Below, in pieces: positions 48,238 through 59,572 of a stretch of DNA of 64,000 bases. The stretch covers positions 6,121 through 70,120 of the forward strand of contig MEEF01000004.1 of assembly GCA_001724355.1 (NCBI GenBank), in the 5' to 3' direction. The translations under genes and the position numbers were made by a program. How positions within the stretch are numbered: the first letter of the stretch is position 1; each line of letters begins with the position of its first letter. Origin of the DNA: Mesorhizobium sp. SCN 65-20. Its GTDB lineage: Bacteria > Pseudomonadota > Alphaproteobacteria > Rhizobiales > Rhizobiaceae. A model generated the notes under the pieces. The model was not told where the DNA came from. It ran no database searches and saw nothing but the letters and a program-made list of their open reading frames with translations.

Positions 48238-50076
48238 TCAGATGGCTTCTCCGGCGGGCCAGTCCGTGATCCCGTTCTTGATGGTCCAGCCGAGATTGTC
48301 GATGGCCGTCCGCATCGGGTCCAGTTGGGCGTCGTCGCGGGTGTTCGCTAATATCGCCCAGCAGAAACCGTCCGCGGTGCGGACGATTTCGCTGATGGTC
48401 CCGGTGAAGTCGCCGATGTGCCACCAACTGCCGGCGCCGTTCACGGCCCATCCCTTGGCGTAGTTGGCAGCCGTGCCGTCGGAGCGGGGCGCTGTCGTCG
48501 CGGTGACCATCGTCGAAATCGTGCCTGGCTGGAGCAGGTCCGGCCTGGACGCGAAGCCGTCAAAACGTAGCAGGATGCGCAGCAGGTCGGTCGGGTTGGC
48601 AATCCAGCCGCCGTGGGCGTCCATGCGGGCGACGGGTATGGCATAGGGACTGACTGCCCCCTGCTGGGTGTATGTGACCTCGTTCGGGCGCCGCTGGGCC
48701 AGGGTGTCGCCGGCAATGTGCATGTCGGACACGCCGCATGGCGCAAGCACGTGCTGGCGCACGAAGTCCGGGTAGGTCAGTCCCGATACCTGCTCCAGTA
48801 TCCTGCCAAGGACGCAATAGCCGAAGTTCGAGTATTCGAAGATCGCGCCGGGATTGTTGGCGAGGTTGAGGGCAAGCATCTGGCCGATCAGGTCGGCATG
48901 GGTGGCGGTGGGCTGGCCGAACATCGGGTCCTGGGCACCGCTCCAGCCGCTGGTGTGCTCCAGAAGATGCTGCACCGTGATCTGGGCGATGCGGGCGTCC
49001 GGATAGGGCGGCGTGCCGAACTGCGTCCCCAAGATGCTGCCCTGGCCGAAAACGAGGTCGTTGAGTGCAAACATACCCGCCTCGATCGCACGGAAGACCG
49101 CCATCGACGTGATGGGCTTGGACACGCTGGCGATGCGGAAGAGGTGGCTGGGCGTGACCGCGGTTCCTGCCGTGTCCGCATTGCCGAAGCCGCGCGCGAA
49201 CATCAGGGCGCCGTTGCGGGTCATGGCGATCGAGACGCCGGGCACGTTGTGGGCGGTCATGAAATTCTGCACTGCCTGGCGGATCGTCGTTTCGTCGCGA
49301 TCGGACAGGAAGGGCTTGTGCCAGATGGAGGCATAGTGAACCGTGCCGTCCTCGGGGTAGCCGTTCACCTTGACCATCCGGTAGCCGCGATCCACCAGCG
49401 CGTTGAATTCCGTCTGGTGCTGCGCCGCGTCCAGCCTGTGCCTCCCTTGCCATGTGAGCGCCGGTCCGCGGCTCCAGATGGCGGCATAGCGCGTCTGTCC
49501 GCCGTCGAGGTATCCGCTTACCCGCCGCAGGACGAAACCGTGGTTCGCCTGGTGATCGAACTGCTGCTGGTACTCCCCGGCCGTCATGCCGTGGCGCGCG
49601 ACCCATTCGGCGGCGGGCTCCCGGTCCCAGATCGAGGCGAAGCGCACCTGGCCGGATTCGGTGTAGCCGCACAGGTCCACCGGGTGGAACCCCTCATTGG
49701 GCAGCGTATCCACCTGCTGCTGCCATTCCGCAGGCGTGAGCCCGTGCCGGGCCCTCACTTCCGGGCTCGGTATGGCTTGCCATATCGAGCTGAAGCGAAT
49801 GCCGCCCGCCGTGTCGTGGCCGCTGACGGCGATAGGACGGAAGCCCTGGGCGGGCAGGGTCGAGAACAGCTGCTGATGCGCCGCGCCCGTTATGCCGTGG
49901 CGCACTTCGGTGGCGGGCCCCGGCGACTGCTCCCATATGCCCGAAAAGCGTTCGAAGCCGTTGGAGCTGCCGCCATTGACGTCGATGGGGCGGAATCCCT
50001 GGGACTTGAGAAGATCGAATGCGTTCTGAAATTCCACGCCGGAGAGATTGTGACGGGCTTGCCATGCGGTGACCAT
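48238..50076 (-). CDS. Serine hydrolase (beta-lactamase fold) with five N-terminal BTRD1 / polyglycine-hydrolase-like repeats
   Basis: 5 x ~50-aa units xRHxL...Q......QG(F/Y)...V.G.....(F/Y)xxIW; FRIASVSK, YSN, WHIG; AGGAGG RBS. Confidence 0.85.
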   Translation of the reverse strand: MVTAWQARHNLSGVEFQNAFDLLKSQGFRPIDVNGGSSNGFERFSGIWEQSPGPATEVRHGITGAAHQQLFSTLPAQGFRPIAVSGHDTAGGIRFSSIWQAIPSPEVRARHGLTPAEWQQQVDTLPNEGFHPVDLCGYTESGQVRFASIWDREPAAEWVARHGMTAGEYQQQFDHQANHGFVLRRVSGYLDGGQTRYAAIWSRGPALTWQGRHRLDAAQHQTEFNALVDRGYRMVKVNGYPEDGTVHYASIWHKPFLSDRDETTIRQAVQNFMTAHNVPGVSIAMTRNGALMFARGFGNADTAGTAVTPSHLFRIASVSKPITSMAVFRAIEAGMFALNDLVFGQGSILGTQFGTPPYPDARIAQITVQHLLEHTSGWSGAQDPMFGQPTATHADLIGQMLALNLANNPGAIFEYSNFGYCVLGRILEQVSGLTYPDFVRQHVLAPCGVSDMHIAGDTLAQRRPNEVTYTQQGAVSPYAIPVARMDAHGGWIANPTDLLRILLRFDGFASRPDLLQPGTISTMVTATTAPRSDGTAANYAKGWAVNGAGSWWHIGDFTGTISEIVRTADGFCWAILANTRDDAQLDPMRTAIDNLGWTIKNGITDWPAGEAI

Positions 50077-50308
50077 GTACGCCTCCTGCTTGCTGGTGAG
50101 GTACTACGGTTCCAAAACGCGCATTGCCGCCTGCGCGCGGGCTGGCTGCTTCAGCTTGGCATAGTCGAACAGATGTCGGAGATGCGTGGGGCAAACGCCC
50201 ATATATGCGCAAATGATGCGCGCGCAGGCTGTTTCCGTCAAGCAAAGGGCGACTGGCGAGCGAGTACGGAGATGCTCCGATCAGGCGTGGACGGGCGCCG
50301 TACCTCGC

Positions 50309-53300
50309 TCAGTCCGTAGGCGTCGGTGTGGTTTCCTTTCGCCCGGCCGTGAACGCCTTGACCCGCTCGCGCAGCGTCTGGAACACCACGTAGAGTGCGG
50401 GAATGATGAAGATGCCCACGAATGCCGCGGCAAGCATGCCGCCGGCGACGCCGGTGCCGACAGCGCGGCGGCTGAGTTCGGCGGCACCCTCCGCTGTCAC
50501 CAGCGGGATGAGGCCCGCAATGAAGGCGAAACTGGTCATCATCACCGCCCTGAACCGCGAGCGCGCGCCCTCGATCGCGGCCTCGGTGATCGGCATGCCC
50601 TTTTCGCGCCGGTCCTTGGCGAACTCGACGATCAGGATCGCGTTCTTGGCTGCGAGCGCGATCAGCACCACGAGGCCGATCTGGGCATAGATGTCGAACG
50701 GCAGGCCTGCGAGCAGGAGCGCGAGCAGGGCGCCTGCGACACCGACCGCTACCGACAGCAGCACGGGGATGGGTATCGTCCAGCTTTCGTAAAGGCCGAC
50801 GAGGAACAGGTAGGCGAAGACGATGGCGAGTGCGAGGATCGTCACGGTCTGCCCCGCGGCTTCCTTCTCCTGAAGCGCTGTTCCCGTCCAGGCGTAGCCA
50901 TAGCCCGGCGGCAGGGTCCTGTCCGAAATCTCTTCCATTGCGGTCAACGCCGCACCCGAGGCGACACCGGGTGCCGGCGAGCCGTTGACGGTGACCGAGC
51001 GGTAGTTGTTGTAGCGGATGATCAACTGCGGCCCGACGATATATTCGGCCTTTGCCACCGCGCTTACGGGCAGCATGTCGCCCGCGGCGTTGCGGACATG
51101 CAGGCGCGAGATGTCGGCCACGGAATCGCGGTCGGATTCGGCTGCCTGGACATTGACGCGCCAGGTGCGCCCGAACAGGTTGAAGTCGTTGACATAGTAG
51201 CTGCCGAGCGTGCCCTGCAGCGTCGCGAACAGGTCACTGACCGAGACACCCAGCGTCTGCAGGCGCTCGCGGTCGATGTCGAGGTAGAGCTGCGGCGTGC
51301 TTGCCGAGAACGTCGTGAAGGTGGGACCAAGCCGCGGATCCTGGTTGGCCGCGACCATCAGCCCGCCTGCGGTGGCGGCGAGGTCGGCCGGGTCGCGTCC
51401 CTGCAGGTCGAGCAGTTGGTATTCGAAGCCCGAGCTCGTTCCGAGGCCGCTGATTGGCGGCACGTTGAAGGAGAAGACCTGGGCGGAGCGTATTGCGGCA
51501 GCCTGGGTCAACGCGGTGTCGATGGCTGTGAACACCGAACGGGACGGATCCTTGCGCTCATCGAAGGGCGCGAGGGTGGCGATGGCGAAGCCGCTGTTCG
51601 ACTTGTTGATGCCGTCGAGAATGCTGAACCCGCTGACCGAGATGACGTTCTGCACGCCGTCGATGCCCAAGAGAAGCTTCTCTACCTCCGCGACTGCCGC
51701 GCTCGTCCGATTGACGGACGCGCCTTCCGGCAGGCGTATCTCGGTGAAGAACGCGCCCTGATCTTCGCTCGGCAGGAAGCCGGTCGGCACCACCCGGAAC
51801 AGCCAGCCGGTCGCGCCGATCGCAACGGCAAGCAGGAGCAGACCGATCACTGTCCGGCGCGCGATGCCGGCAGCGACATGGGTATAGCCATCGCGCGCAT
51901 TGTCGATCCTGCGCGAGAGCCAGCCCAAGATGCCCCGCTTGGGACCATGGTGCGGCTTGAGCAGGATCGCGCAGAGCGCCGGGCTGAGCGTCAGGGCGTT
52001 GATCGCCGAGATCACCATCGAGACCGAGACCGCGACCGCGAACTGCTGGAACAGTTGCCCGCTTATGCCGGGAATGAAGGCGACCGGGACGAAAACGGAG
52101 AGAAGCACCATCGTGATGGCCAGGATCGCGCCGGTGATCTCGCCCATAGCCTTGTGCGCGGCCTCGGCGGCGCTCATGCCGGGGTTCTCTTCCATCACCC
52201 GCTCGACATTCTCGACCACCACGATGGCGTCGTCGACGACGATGCCGATCGCCAGCACCATCGCCAACAGCGAGACGGTGTTGAGCGAGAAGCCCATCGC
52301 CATCATCACGGCGAAGGTGCCGACCAGCGCCACCGGAACTGCCACCAGCGGGATCAGCGTGGCGCGAAGGTTGCCGAGGAACAGGAACACCACGATGACG
52401 ACCAGTATGAACGCCTCGATCAGGGTGCGCTGGACTTCGGAGACGCTGGCCTTGACGAAGTCGTTGGTGTCGTAGGTGATCGCGTAGTCGAGCCCCTCCG
52501 GGAAGGCCTTTGCGAGATCTTCCATCGTCGATATGACGCCGGCGCCGGCGCTCAGCGCATTGGCGCCGGGGGCCTGGTAAACGCCGATCATGGCGGTCGG
52601 CTTGCCGTTGAAGCGGGCGACGCTGTCGGCGCTCTCCGCCCCCAGTTCCACCCTGGCGACGTCGCGCACGCGCACGAACGAGCCGTCCGGCTCGGCGCGC
52701 AGGACGATGTTCTCGAATTCCGAGGGCTCGGTCAGCCGACCCTTGGTGGTCAGGTTGAGCTGGAACTGCGGATCCGATGTCATCGGCTGGGCGCCGACCC
52801 TGCCGATGGCGGCCTGGACGTTCTGGGCACGCAGTGCTGCGATGACGTCGGACGGTGTCATCTTCAGGCTGGTCAGGCGGTCGACGTCCAGAACGATGCG
52901 CATCGCATAGTTGCTGGCCGCAAACAGGAACGCATCGCCGACGCCCGGCACCCGCTTGATGGAATCGAGCAGGTTGATGACCGCGTAGTTCGACAGGAAC
53001 AGCGAATCGTACTTCCCATCGGGGGCGTAGACGGCGATGACCTGCATCATCGCCGACGACTTCTTCTTGACGCTGACGCCGGTCTGCTTGACCTCGGAGG
53101 GGAGCCCGGCTTCCGCGAGCGCGACCCGGTTCTGGACGTTGATGGTGGCGATGTCCGGGTCGGTGCCGACCGCGAAGGTGACGGACAGGTTGTAGCTGCC
53201 GTCGGCGCCGCTGGTCGACTTCATGTAGAGCATGTCGTCGACGCCGATGACCTGTTCTTCGATCGGCTGTGCGACTGTCGTTTCGACCACGTCTGCGCCG

Positions 53301-53458
53301 GCGCCCGCATATGATGCGCTGACGCTGATTTGCGGAGGCACGATATCGGGGAACTGCGCGACCGGCATCCGCGTCAGGGCGATGAGGCCGGCCAGGGTGA
53401 TGACGATGGAGATGACGCCGGAAAGCCGCGGCCGGTTGATGAAGATGTCGGAGATCAT
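50309..53458 (-). CDS. RND efflux transporter permease (HAE1/AcrB type)
   Basis: [47 protein letters not shown]. Confidence 0.95.
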   Translation of the reverse strand: MISDIFINRPRLSGVISIVITLAGLIALTRMPVAQFPDIVPPQISVSASYAGAGADVVETTVAQPIEEQVIGVDDMLYMKSTSGADGSYNLSVTFAVGTDPDIATINVQNRVALAEAGLPSEVKQTGVSVKKKSSAMMQVIAVYAPDGKYDSLFLSNYAVINLLDSIKRVPGVGDAFLFAASNYAMRIVLDVDRLTSLKMTPSDVIAALRAQNVQAAIGRVGAQPMTSDPQFQLNLTTKGRLTEPSEFENIVLRAEPDGSFVRVRDVARVELGAESADSVARFNGKPTAMIGVYQAPGANALSAGAGVISTMEDLAKAFPEGLDYAITYDTNDFVKASVSEVQRTLIEAFILVVIVVFLFLGNLRATLIPLVAVPVALVGTFAVMMAMGFSLNTVSLLAMVLAIGIVVDDAIVVVENVERVMEENPGMSAAEAAHKAMGEITGAILAITMVLLSVFVPVAFIPGISGQLFQQFAVAVSVSMVISAINALTLSPALCAILLKPHHGPKRGILGWLSRRIDNARDGYTHVAAGIARRTVIGLLLLAVAIGATGWLFRVVPTGFLPSEDQGAFFTEIRLPEGASVNRTSAAVAEVEKLLLGIDGVQNVISVSGFSILDGINKSNSGFAIATLAPFDERKDPSRSVFTAIDTALTQAAAIRSAQVFSFNVPPISGLGTSSGFEYQLLDLQGRDPADLAATAGGLMVAANQDPRLGPTFTTFSASTPQLYLDIDRERLQTLGVSVSDLFATLQGTLGSYYVNDFNLFGRTWRVNVQAAESDRDSVADISRLHVRNAAGDMLPVSAVAKAEYIVGPQLIIRYNNYRSVTVNGSPAPGVASGAALTAMEEISDRTLPPGYGYAWTGTALQEKEAAGQTVTILALAIVFAYLFLVGLYESWTIPIPVLLSVAVGVAGALLALLLAGLPFDIYAQIGLVVLIALAAKNAILIVEFAKDRREKGMPITEAAIEGARSRFRAVMMTSFAFIAGLIPLVTAEGAAELSRRAVGTGVAGGMLAAAFVGIFIIPALYVVFQTLRERVKAFTAGRKETTPTPTD

Positions 53459-53461
53459 GGA

Positions 53462-54580
53462 TCAGCCGCCCACCACAGCCGCGTCGACGACCACGCCTGG
53501 CCGGACCTTGTTGATCCCTTCCGTGATAACCTGCTCACCTTCCTTGAGGCCGCTGCTGATGACGGCATATCCCTGCGTGGTCCGGGGTACGTCGACACGC
53601 CGCATCTCGACCTTCGAGTCGCCGCCGACGACCATGACGAAAGCCCCGGCCTGGTCCCGCTGCACCGATTGCTGGGGCACGGCGATCACCATCTGGGGCG
53701 TGCCTTGTTCGAGCGAAACGCTAACCAGGGCGTTGTCCAGAAGCAGCCCGTCGGGGTTCGGGAACGTGGCTCGTATGGTCACGGTGTCCGTGCCCGAGGA
53801 GACCGTGGCGTCGAAATAGTCGATGTCGCCTTTCTGCGGATAGACCGATCCGTCGGGCAGGGTGAGGCTCACCGTCTGCTCGTTGCTAGCCTCGCCGCGC
53901 TTAACGCGGTCGCGCTGCTCGAGCAGCAGGGTGGTCGGGACCGGGAATTCGGCATGAACGGTGTCCAGCCGCGTGAGCGTGGTAAGAGGCCCTGAGTCCG
54001 GCCCGACCAGCGCACCGACATCGACCGCGCTCAGACCGACGATGCCGTCGAAAGGTGATGTGATCTGGGTATAGGAAAGCTCTAGCTTGGCCCGGTCGAG
54101 AGAGCCTTTGAGACGATCGATCTCGCCGTCCGCCTTGCCGACCTGGGCGTTGGCGATGTCGAGTTCGGAGCGCGCCACGGTGTTGCGCGCCACCAACTGC
54201 GCCTTTCGATCACGCTCGATTTCGGCAAGGCTGCGCTGGGCTTCGGCGGCCTTGATCGACCCTTCGATCTCGTCGATGGCGGCCTGATAGGCGCCGGGTT
54301 CGATCTTGTAGAGCACTGCGCCCGCCTTCACGCGCGAACCCTCTTTGAAGCCGATCGACTCGAGAAATCCGGAAACGCGTGCGCGGATGTCGACCTTCTG
54401 GATTGCCTTGAGCCGGCCGGGAAAGTCGATGGATGGCCGCAGGTCCATCTTCGCGGCCGGCGCCACCACCACGGCTGGGAGCGGCGCCTGTTGCTGCGAG
54501 GAGGCGATAGAGGCACTGAACATGCCCAAGGCCAATGTCGTGGCAGCAAGCGTCCGACGTGCCAAAGTCCACACAGACAT
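53462..54580 (-). CDS. RND membrane fusion protein (periplasmic adaptor)
   Basis: IRARVSG.L, F.EG..V.AG..LY.I, I.SPFDG; GGAGG RBS. Confidence 0.92.
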   Translation of the reverse strand: MSVWTLARRTLAATTLALGMFSASIASSQQQAPLPAVVVAPAAKMDLRPSIDFPGRLKAIQKVDIRARVSGFLESIGFKEGSRVKAGAVLYKIEPGAYQAAIDEIEGSIKAAEAQRSLAEIERDRKAQLVARNTVARSELDIANAQVGKADGEIDRLKGSLDRAKLELSYTQITSPFDGIVGLSAVDVGALVGPDSGPLTTLTRLDTVHAEFPVPTTLLLEQRDRVKRGEASNEQTVSLTLPDGSVYPQKGDIDYFDATVSSGTDTVTIRATFPNPDGLLLDNALVSVSLEQGTPQMVIAVPQQSVQRDQAGAFVMVVGGDSKVEMRRVDVPRTTQGYAVISSGLKEGEQVITEGINKVRPGVVVDAAVVGG

Positions 54581-54839
54581 CCGAACCCTCCCGCCAGGAT
54601 GCAACGCGCGGATAGTTGCCTAACCCAGCGTCACTATCAATAGCTTCAGAGCTTTGACCAACAAACCCCTTCCGGTGTCGCTCTTGTGCGTCGCGGTCCG
54701 ACGTGCGGAACATCATGAAATGAGGGGCAGCTCTCGGTTGTTCCAAACCCGGGAGACTTGTGCTGTCCATACGAAATGCTCGCCTGGCATAAGTCCTCGC
54801 GCGACGAGGAAGGTCGCGCGAGGTGGGCAATGCTAGAGC

Positions 54840-56030
54840 TCAGCTGGTGAACAGCAGCACGCCGAACACGCCGAACAGCATCAGATGCATCAGCGCCTGC
54901 ACCGGCGAGGTACGGTGGCCGAGGAAGGTCAGGGTGCTGAGCGCGATCGTAAGGAACAGCAGCACCGTCTCCGTGGGCGAGATCCCCATGACGACGGTCT
55001 TGCCGGTCAGCAGGCCGATGATGAGCACGCAAGGGACGGTCAGCCCGACAGTCGATACGAAGGCGCCGAGGCAGAGATTGACCGCGCGCTGCATCTCGTT
55101 GCGGCGGGCAGCGCCGATGGCGGTGATCGATTCCGGGGTGAAGACGATGATGGCGATCAACACCCCGCCCAGCGCCACAGGCGCGCCGGCGATCTCGATG
55201 CCATCGTCGATCAGGATGGCGAGGTCGTGCGCCAGCAACACGATCGGAAGCATCGAGGCGATGAGGATCAGCGAGCGGACGACCATGGCGCGACGGTCGA
55301 GCGCGACTGCCGGCTCTTCATCGGATGACTGTTCGGTGCGGCTGTCGTGCGGGATATGGAGGCAGCCGGGCGAGGGCTGGACGAACAGGCGCTTGTAGCC
55401 GCGCATCTGCATCGCCAGGAAAGCTGCGTAGATCAGTATGGTGAAGACCGAGAACGCGATCGCCTGGCCGGGCAGGAACGTACCGTTGCCGGTTCCAAGC
55501 GTGTTCGGCAGGACGAGGGCCGTGCCGGTCAGCAGCACCGTCATCGACAGGTAGGCGATCGCACCCTGTGCGTTGTACTCCTGCTCGCCGTGGCGCAGTC
55601 CGCCGAGAAGCAGGCAGAGCCCGATCACCAGATTGAGGATGATCATCATGACGGCGAAGATCGAATCGCGGCCGATGGTGGGGAATTCCCCCGGCCCGAG
55701 CATCACCGCTGCGATCAGGATGACTTCAATCGAGACGATCGACAGCGTCAGGATGAGCGTGCCGTAGGGTTCGCCGAGCTGGTGGGCGAGATGGTCCGCC
55801 TCGCGCACGACGCTGAAGGCCGCCATGATGATGGTGGCGAACAGGACGACAAAGCTGACGATCCCGACGACTGGGGAGATCGGCGCCGACAGCCATGCCT
55901 TGCCGCCGATCTGGAAGGCGATGACCACCGCCCAGGCGATCGCGAGGCGGATGATGGTGATGCGCGGAAACATATCCCGCAGGCCGGCGGGGGCAGGCGA
56001 AAGGTTCTTCGCGACGGGTGACGGAGACAT
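54840..56030 (-). CDS. chaA: Ca2+/H+ antiporter, ChaA family
   Basis: LGEPYGTLILTLS...IEV, PE...AI.AA..N.MQRAVN..LG. Confidence 0.85.
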   Translation of the reverse strand: MSPSPVAKNLSPAPAGLRDMFPRITIIRLAIAWAVVIAFQIGGKAWLSAPISPVVGIVSFVVLFATIIMAAFSVVREADHLAHQLGEPYGTLILTLSIVSIEVILIAAVMLGPGEFPTIGRDSIFAVMMIILNLVIGLCLLLGGLRHGEQEYNAQGAIAYLSMTVLLTGTALVLPNTLGTGNGTFLPGQAIAFSVFTILIYAAFLAMQMRGYKRLFVQPSPGCLHIPHDSRTEQSSDEEPAVALDRRAMVVRSLILIASMLPIVLLAHDLAILIDDGIEIAGAPVALGGVLIAIIVFTPESITAIGAARRNEMQRAVNLCLGAFVSTVGLTVPCVLIIGLLTGKTVVMGISPTETVLLFLTIALSTLTFLGHRTSPVQALMHLMLFGVFGVLLFTS

Positions 56031-56157
56031 CTTGACCCTCTACGGGGTCGTCCCCTCAACAACCTGCCGCAACGGGTCGTCCCGCTGCGGAGGGCGGCCG
56101 TCTGCCAGACCGGCCCTTGATGCGGGCCGATCTAGCACCGGTAGGCGCTTGCGTCCA

Positions 56158-57078
56158 CTAGGCGGTTCTTTCTACCAGCCTTGCGTTTTCGTAATACCTG
56201 TAGAGCAGGACCATGCCGAACAGGGCGGCAGAGACCACGGCTGCCGCATAGGGCAGTTGCGGCACGGATTCCGCCGGGAACACGTAAGGCAGCAAGGGGA
56301 ACGCGTAGGCGGCGGGAATCCTCGCTGCGAAGACCCTGAGCAAGACGTAGACGATCGCCATGTCGAGAGCGGCGACGAGGACCCAACTGTCGATGTTGAG
56401 GTAGAGCAGTGTCCCGATCGTGGCAGACAGGGTGAGCACGGCGGTCTGCTTCAGCGCCATCTTGGCCATGTACATCGGCATCTGCAGGGATTCGTAGACG
56501 ACGACCGTGATCGGCGGGATCACCGCCATATGCGGATATCCTGCCGCAACCGCGACCCCGATCCAGATCAGGTGAATGACCAGGAACACCGCCATGTATT
56601 TGTACTTGACGGGCGCATCGCGCGGGACGCCCTTGTTCAGCTTGAAGAGGATCACCCCCAGCATCAGCAAGAACGTGGTGATGAATATGGCGGCGAGGAA
56701 GGAGAAGTGCGTCGCGTTGGTCACGATCGGCAGCACGCCGGTGGCGAGCGACGGGGCGAAATTCGACCGGATGATGCGAAGGAAGACCGCCATCAGCACG
56801 AGCGCCAGGATGAGCTTCGCGATGTAGGTGATGTCGAGGAAATTGATCGCAAAGCCGATGATGGCTGTCGCGGACGGCGCGATGAAGATCTTCTCCGGCT
56901 GCCGGACCCATCCCTTTTCACGATAGGCCCACAAGGCGATCGCCATGGCGGCGATCTCGGGCAGGATGATTTCGGCGTCGTTCAGGACATCGGCCGCAAG
57001 AACCATCGCCAGTATGAAGCCGATGGCCAGCAGATACGAGATGACTATGCCGCTTTGTTCGTTCTTTGCATGAAACAT
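56158..57078 (-). CDS. Multi-pass membrane protein, HPP-like / unknown
   Basis: Two-fold internal pattern (EIILPEIAA; AVIPPI); hydrophobic throughout. Confidence 0.7.
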   Translation of the reverse strand: MFHAKNEQSGIVISYLLAIGFILAMVLAADVLNDAEIILPEIAAMAIALWAYREKGWVRQPEKIFIAPSATAIIGFAINFLDITYIAKLILALVLMAVFLRIIRSNFAPSLATGVLPIVTNATHFSFLAAIFITTFLLMLGVILFKLNKGVPRDAPVKYKYMAVFLVIHLIWIGVAVAAGYPHMAVIPPITVVVYESLQMPMYMAKMALKQTAVLTLSATIGTLLYLNIDSWVLVAALDMAIVYVLLRVFAARIPAAYAFPLLPYVFPAESVPQLPYAAAVVSAALFGMVLLYRYYENARLVERTA

Positions 57079-57441
57079 GACTGCCTGCCGCGCCCGTTGG
57101 CCGCGCCAAGGGTCTGTTGCGATTTCAAATGTTCTTCCGGGGGTGAGGACGGGAAGATTGCGAATTTTCGTAAGTATGTGAGTGGCCGGAGCGAGGCTGG
57201 CAACGGGACATTATGACGCCATCACCGGTGCGTGATCTCCGCCCGAGTAGGTAGAAGGTGCAACCTACGCCGCGCGGAGTACGCCGATTGGGTCGCTTGC
57301 AGGAGGCGCCCTCATCCGGAGGATGATCGGTTTCGAACAACGGCAAGGGCATGGAATGTCCGAACTCAAGATCAGTCCGCTGCGTACGTGCCGCAGCATC
57401 CCAGCACTGACCCGCGACGGTCGGCATTCGGGGGATTAGCT

Positions 57442-58920
57442 GTGCAGCCTTCCATCGTGGGACTCATCGTCTGCATGGTCTTGCTCGTGGTCGGATACTA
57501 CTCGCGTGGCGTGCTGATCATTTCCTTCATCGCGTCGCTGGCCTTTGGGGCAACTGCCGTAGCAACGCTGACTTCCCTGGGGGGCTCTTCGCCTCTCATC
57601 TACACTTTCTTTGCGGCTTTGCTGCTGACTGCCGTGGCAGCCCGTCCGCGAATCTGGAGGGATCTGGGAACGGCGTTCGGCAGCATGCGGCCGCTTTGGG
57701 TACTCTGTTGCCTTCTGCTGTACGCCATTGCCGGTGCGTGGCTGTTTCCACGTTTGTTCGCCGGACAGACGACCGTTTTCGTTCAGGCGAAGCTGCGAGG
57801 GGGCGTGGTCGAAGCCGCGTTGGAGCCTGTCTCGGCCAATATCTCGCAGGCCGGCTACTTCGTTCTGGGTGGGCTTACCACGATCGGATTGAGCATTCTG
57901 TTGCTGAAGGCGCAGCGGATCAATGAGGTCCGCCGCGGATTCTTTCTCTGGGTCATATTGCACACGGCAATGGGACTGATGGACTTGCTGGGCAAACTCG
58001 CAGGCATGGGAGATGTGCTGGAGCCGATCCGGACGGCGAGCTATGCGATGCTCACAAATGCGAGCGAGTCAGGCTTCTTTCGGATCGCAGGAGCGTTTTC
58101 CGAGGCATCGGGGTTTGGCGCGTCGTCGCTCACCTGCCTTGCCTTCACTTATACCTACTGGCGCAAGACCGGAGCTGCGCTGGCACTGTGGCTGTCGGTT
58201 CTACTGTTCCTGCTGCTCCTGCTGTCCACTTCGTCGACTGCGTATGGCGGCCTGGTTCTCCTCAGCATTCCGGTCGCCATCTCACTATTGCTCTCTATTG
58301 CCAAGGGGCGACTGAATTCGGACGAGTTGCTTATTCTGGGCTGCCTCGTGGCGATCGCGTTCGCGGTTCTGGCTATCGAACTGTATGACAGCCGCACCTT
58401 CGATCCAGTTGTGGATCTCATCGAGTCCACCGTAATCAACAAGGGGTCTTCCTCCTCCGGCCAGGAGCGGGGATACTGGAATATTAAGAGCCTCCAGTCC
58501 TTTGCGGATACGAGCGGCCTCGGCGTCGGCCTTGGCAGCTCGCGCGCGTCAAGTTGGCCGATTGCGGTGCTTTCCCAATTGGGGGTGATCGGCATGCTGT
58601 CTCTTGTGACGCTGGTCGTCGTTCTGGCTCGCGGCATGGGCAAGCTGGGCGTGTGGGTAGATCCAGAGACGAACGCAATCGTGTCGAGCGTGCGCGCCAG
58701 TGCCCTCGCAAGCCTGGTTTCGGGATCCCTGGTGAGTGGAAGCGCCGACCCCGGAATGATCTTCTTCATTAGCCTGGCGGTCGTCATCGCCTGTCGTACC
58801 CGGGCCCGCCACAACAGAGCAACTGCAGCGCGGGCGGGAATATCCTCGCTGCCGGCCTGGCGGTGGGCGCCCAGGCGATCAGCCAAAGGGATGCATGGCC
58901 GACCCGTGTTTTCCGGCTGA
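57442..58920 (+). CDS. Polysaccharide polymerase / O-antigen ligase-like membrane protein
   Basis: Many TM helices, RIAGAFSEAS, STSSTAY, GLGVGLGS; EPS context. Confidence 0.72.
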   Translation: MQPSIVGLIVCMVLLVVGYYSRGVLIISFIASLAFGATAVATLTSLGGSSPLIYTFFAALLLTAVAARPRIWRDLGTAFGSMRPLWVLCCLLLYAIAGAWLFPRLFAGQTTVFVQAKLRGGVVEAALEPVSANISQAGYFVLGGLTTIGLSILLLKAQRINEVRRGFFLWVILHTAMGLMDLLGKLAGMGDVLEPIRTASYAMLTNASESGFFRIAGAFSEASGFGASSLTCLAFTYTYWRKTGAALALWLSVLLFLLLLLSTSSTAYGGLVLLSIPVAISLLLSIAKGRLNSDELLILGCLVAIAFAVLAIELYDSRTFDPVVDLIESTVINKGSSSSGQERGYWNIKSLQSFADTSGLGVGLGSSRASSWPIAVLSQLGVIGMLSLVTLVVVLARGMGKLGVWVDPETNAIVSSVRASALASLVSGSLVSGSADPGMIFFISLAVVIACRTRARHNRATAARAGISSLPAWRWAPRRSAKGMHGRPVFSG

Positions 58921-58950
58921 CAATGCAGGGCTTACACCAGGTGGTCCGCC

Positions 58951-59331
58951 ATGAGACTGTTCAACTTGAAGAACCGCTATTCCCCTAGCACGCCAGCGAG
59001 CAGACGCCTCGACGATCTGGCTCAGATGCTCGAGCAGGTGGCAGTCGAAATCGCTCTTGAGCGGGCCTGCCTCAAGGATGCATACGACCACGCGATAGCG
59101 CAGGCGGCATTTGCGTATGAAGCTCTCGAGCAGGGTGAAGATGTGGACGTAGTTCCGTCCAGGGTCGATGCGTTGAGCGCGGCCCTTGATCGACACTCGC
59201 GGCGCTTTCATTCGCTCAAACAGCAGGCAGATTTCATAGATGAGACGCGGAGAAGACTGGAACTGCTCGCGTCGGACGAGGGCCCGTGCCCTGGTGCACC
59301 CCACGCCAGTGTGTCCCACATCGTAAACTGA
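58951..59331 (+). CDS. Hypothetical helical/coiled-coil protein
   Basis: Intact ORF between EPS genes; amphipathic pattern. Confidence 0.6.
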   Translation: MRLFNLKNRYSPSTPASRRLDDLAQMLEQVAVEIALERACLKDAYDHAIAQAAFAYEALEQGEDVDVVPSRVDALSAALDRHSRRFHSLKQQADFIDETRRRLELLASDEGPCPGAPHASVSHIVN

Positions 59332-59572
59332 TCGCCACCGGGGAAGGCTTCTCTGGTCGGCTACGGAAGTAGCGACATACTCCGATTGGCGGCGTTTACC
59401 TTCCGACGCCGGGGGCTAATCTTCCAAGGGGTCAATTTTCGGGCGCGATTTTCATGCCGCAGTTCCGCACTCCCGCCATGGGCGGGGTTGTCTTGACGTG
59501 GAGTCGGGTGGCACTGCCTGCCCGGGGCACGGTTTACGGCGGTTCGCAAGCCGTCAACCCTAGGGGGGGCTG

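Noticed and set aside
50186-53314. 1042-aa plus-strand ORF
   Set aside because: Antisense shadow of the RND permease; typical of high-GC codon bias; no motifs
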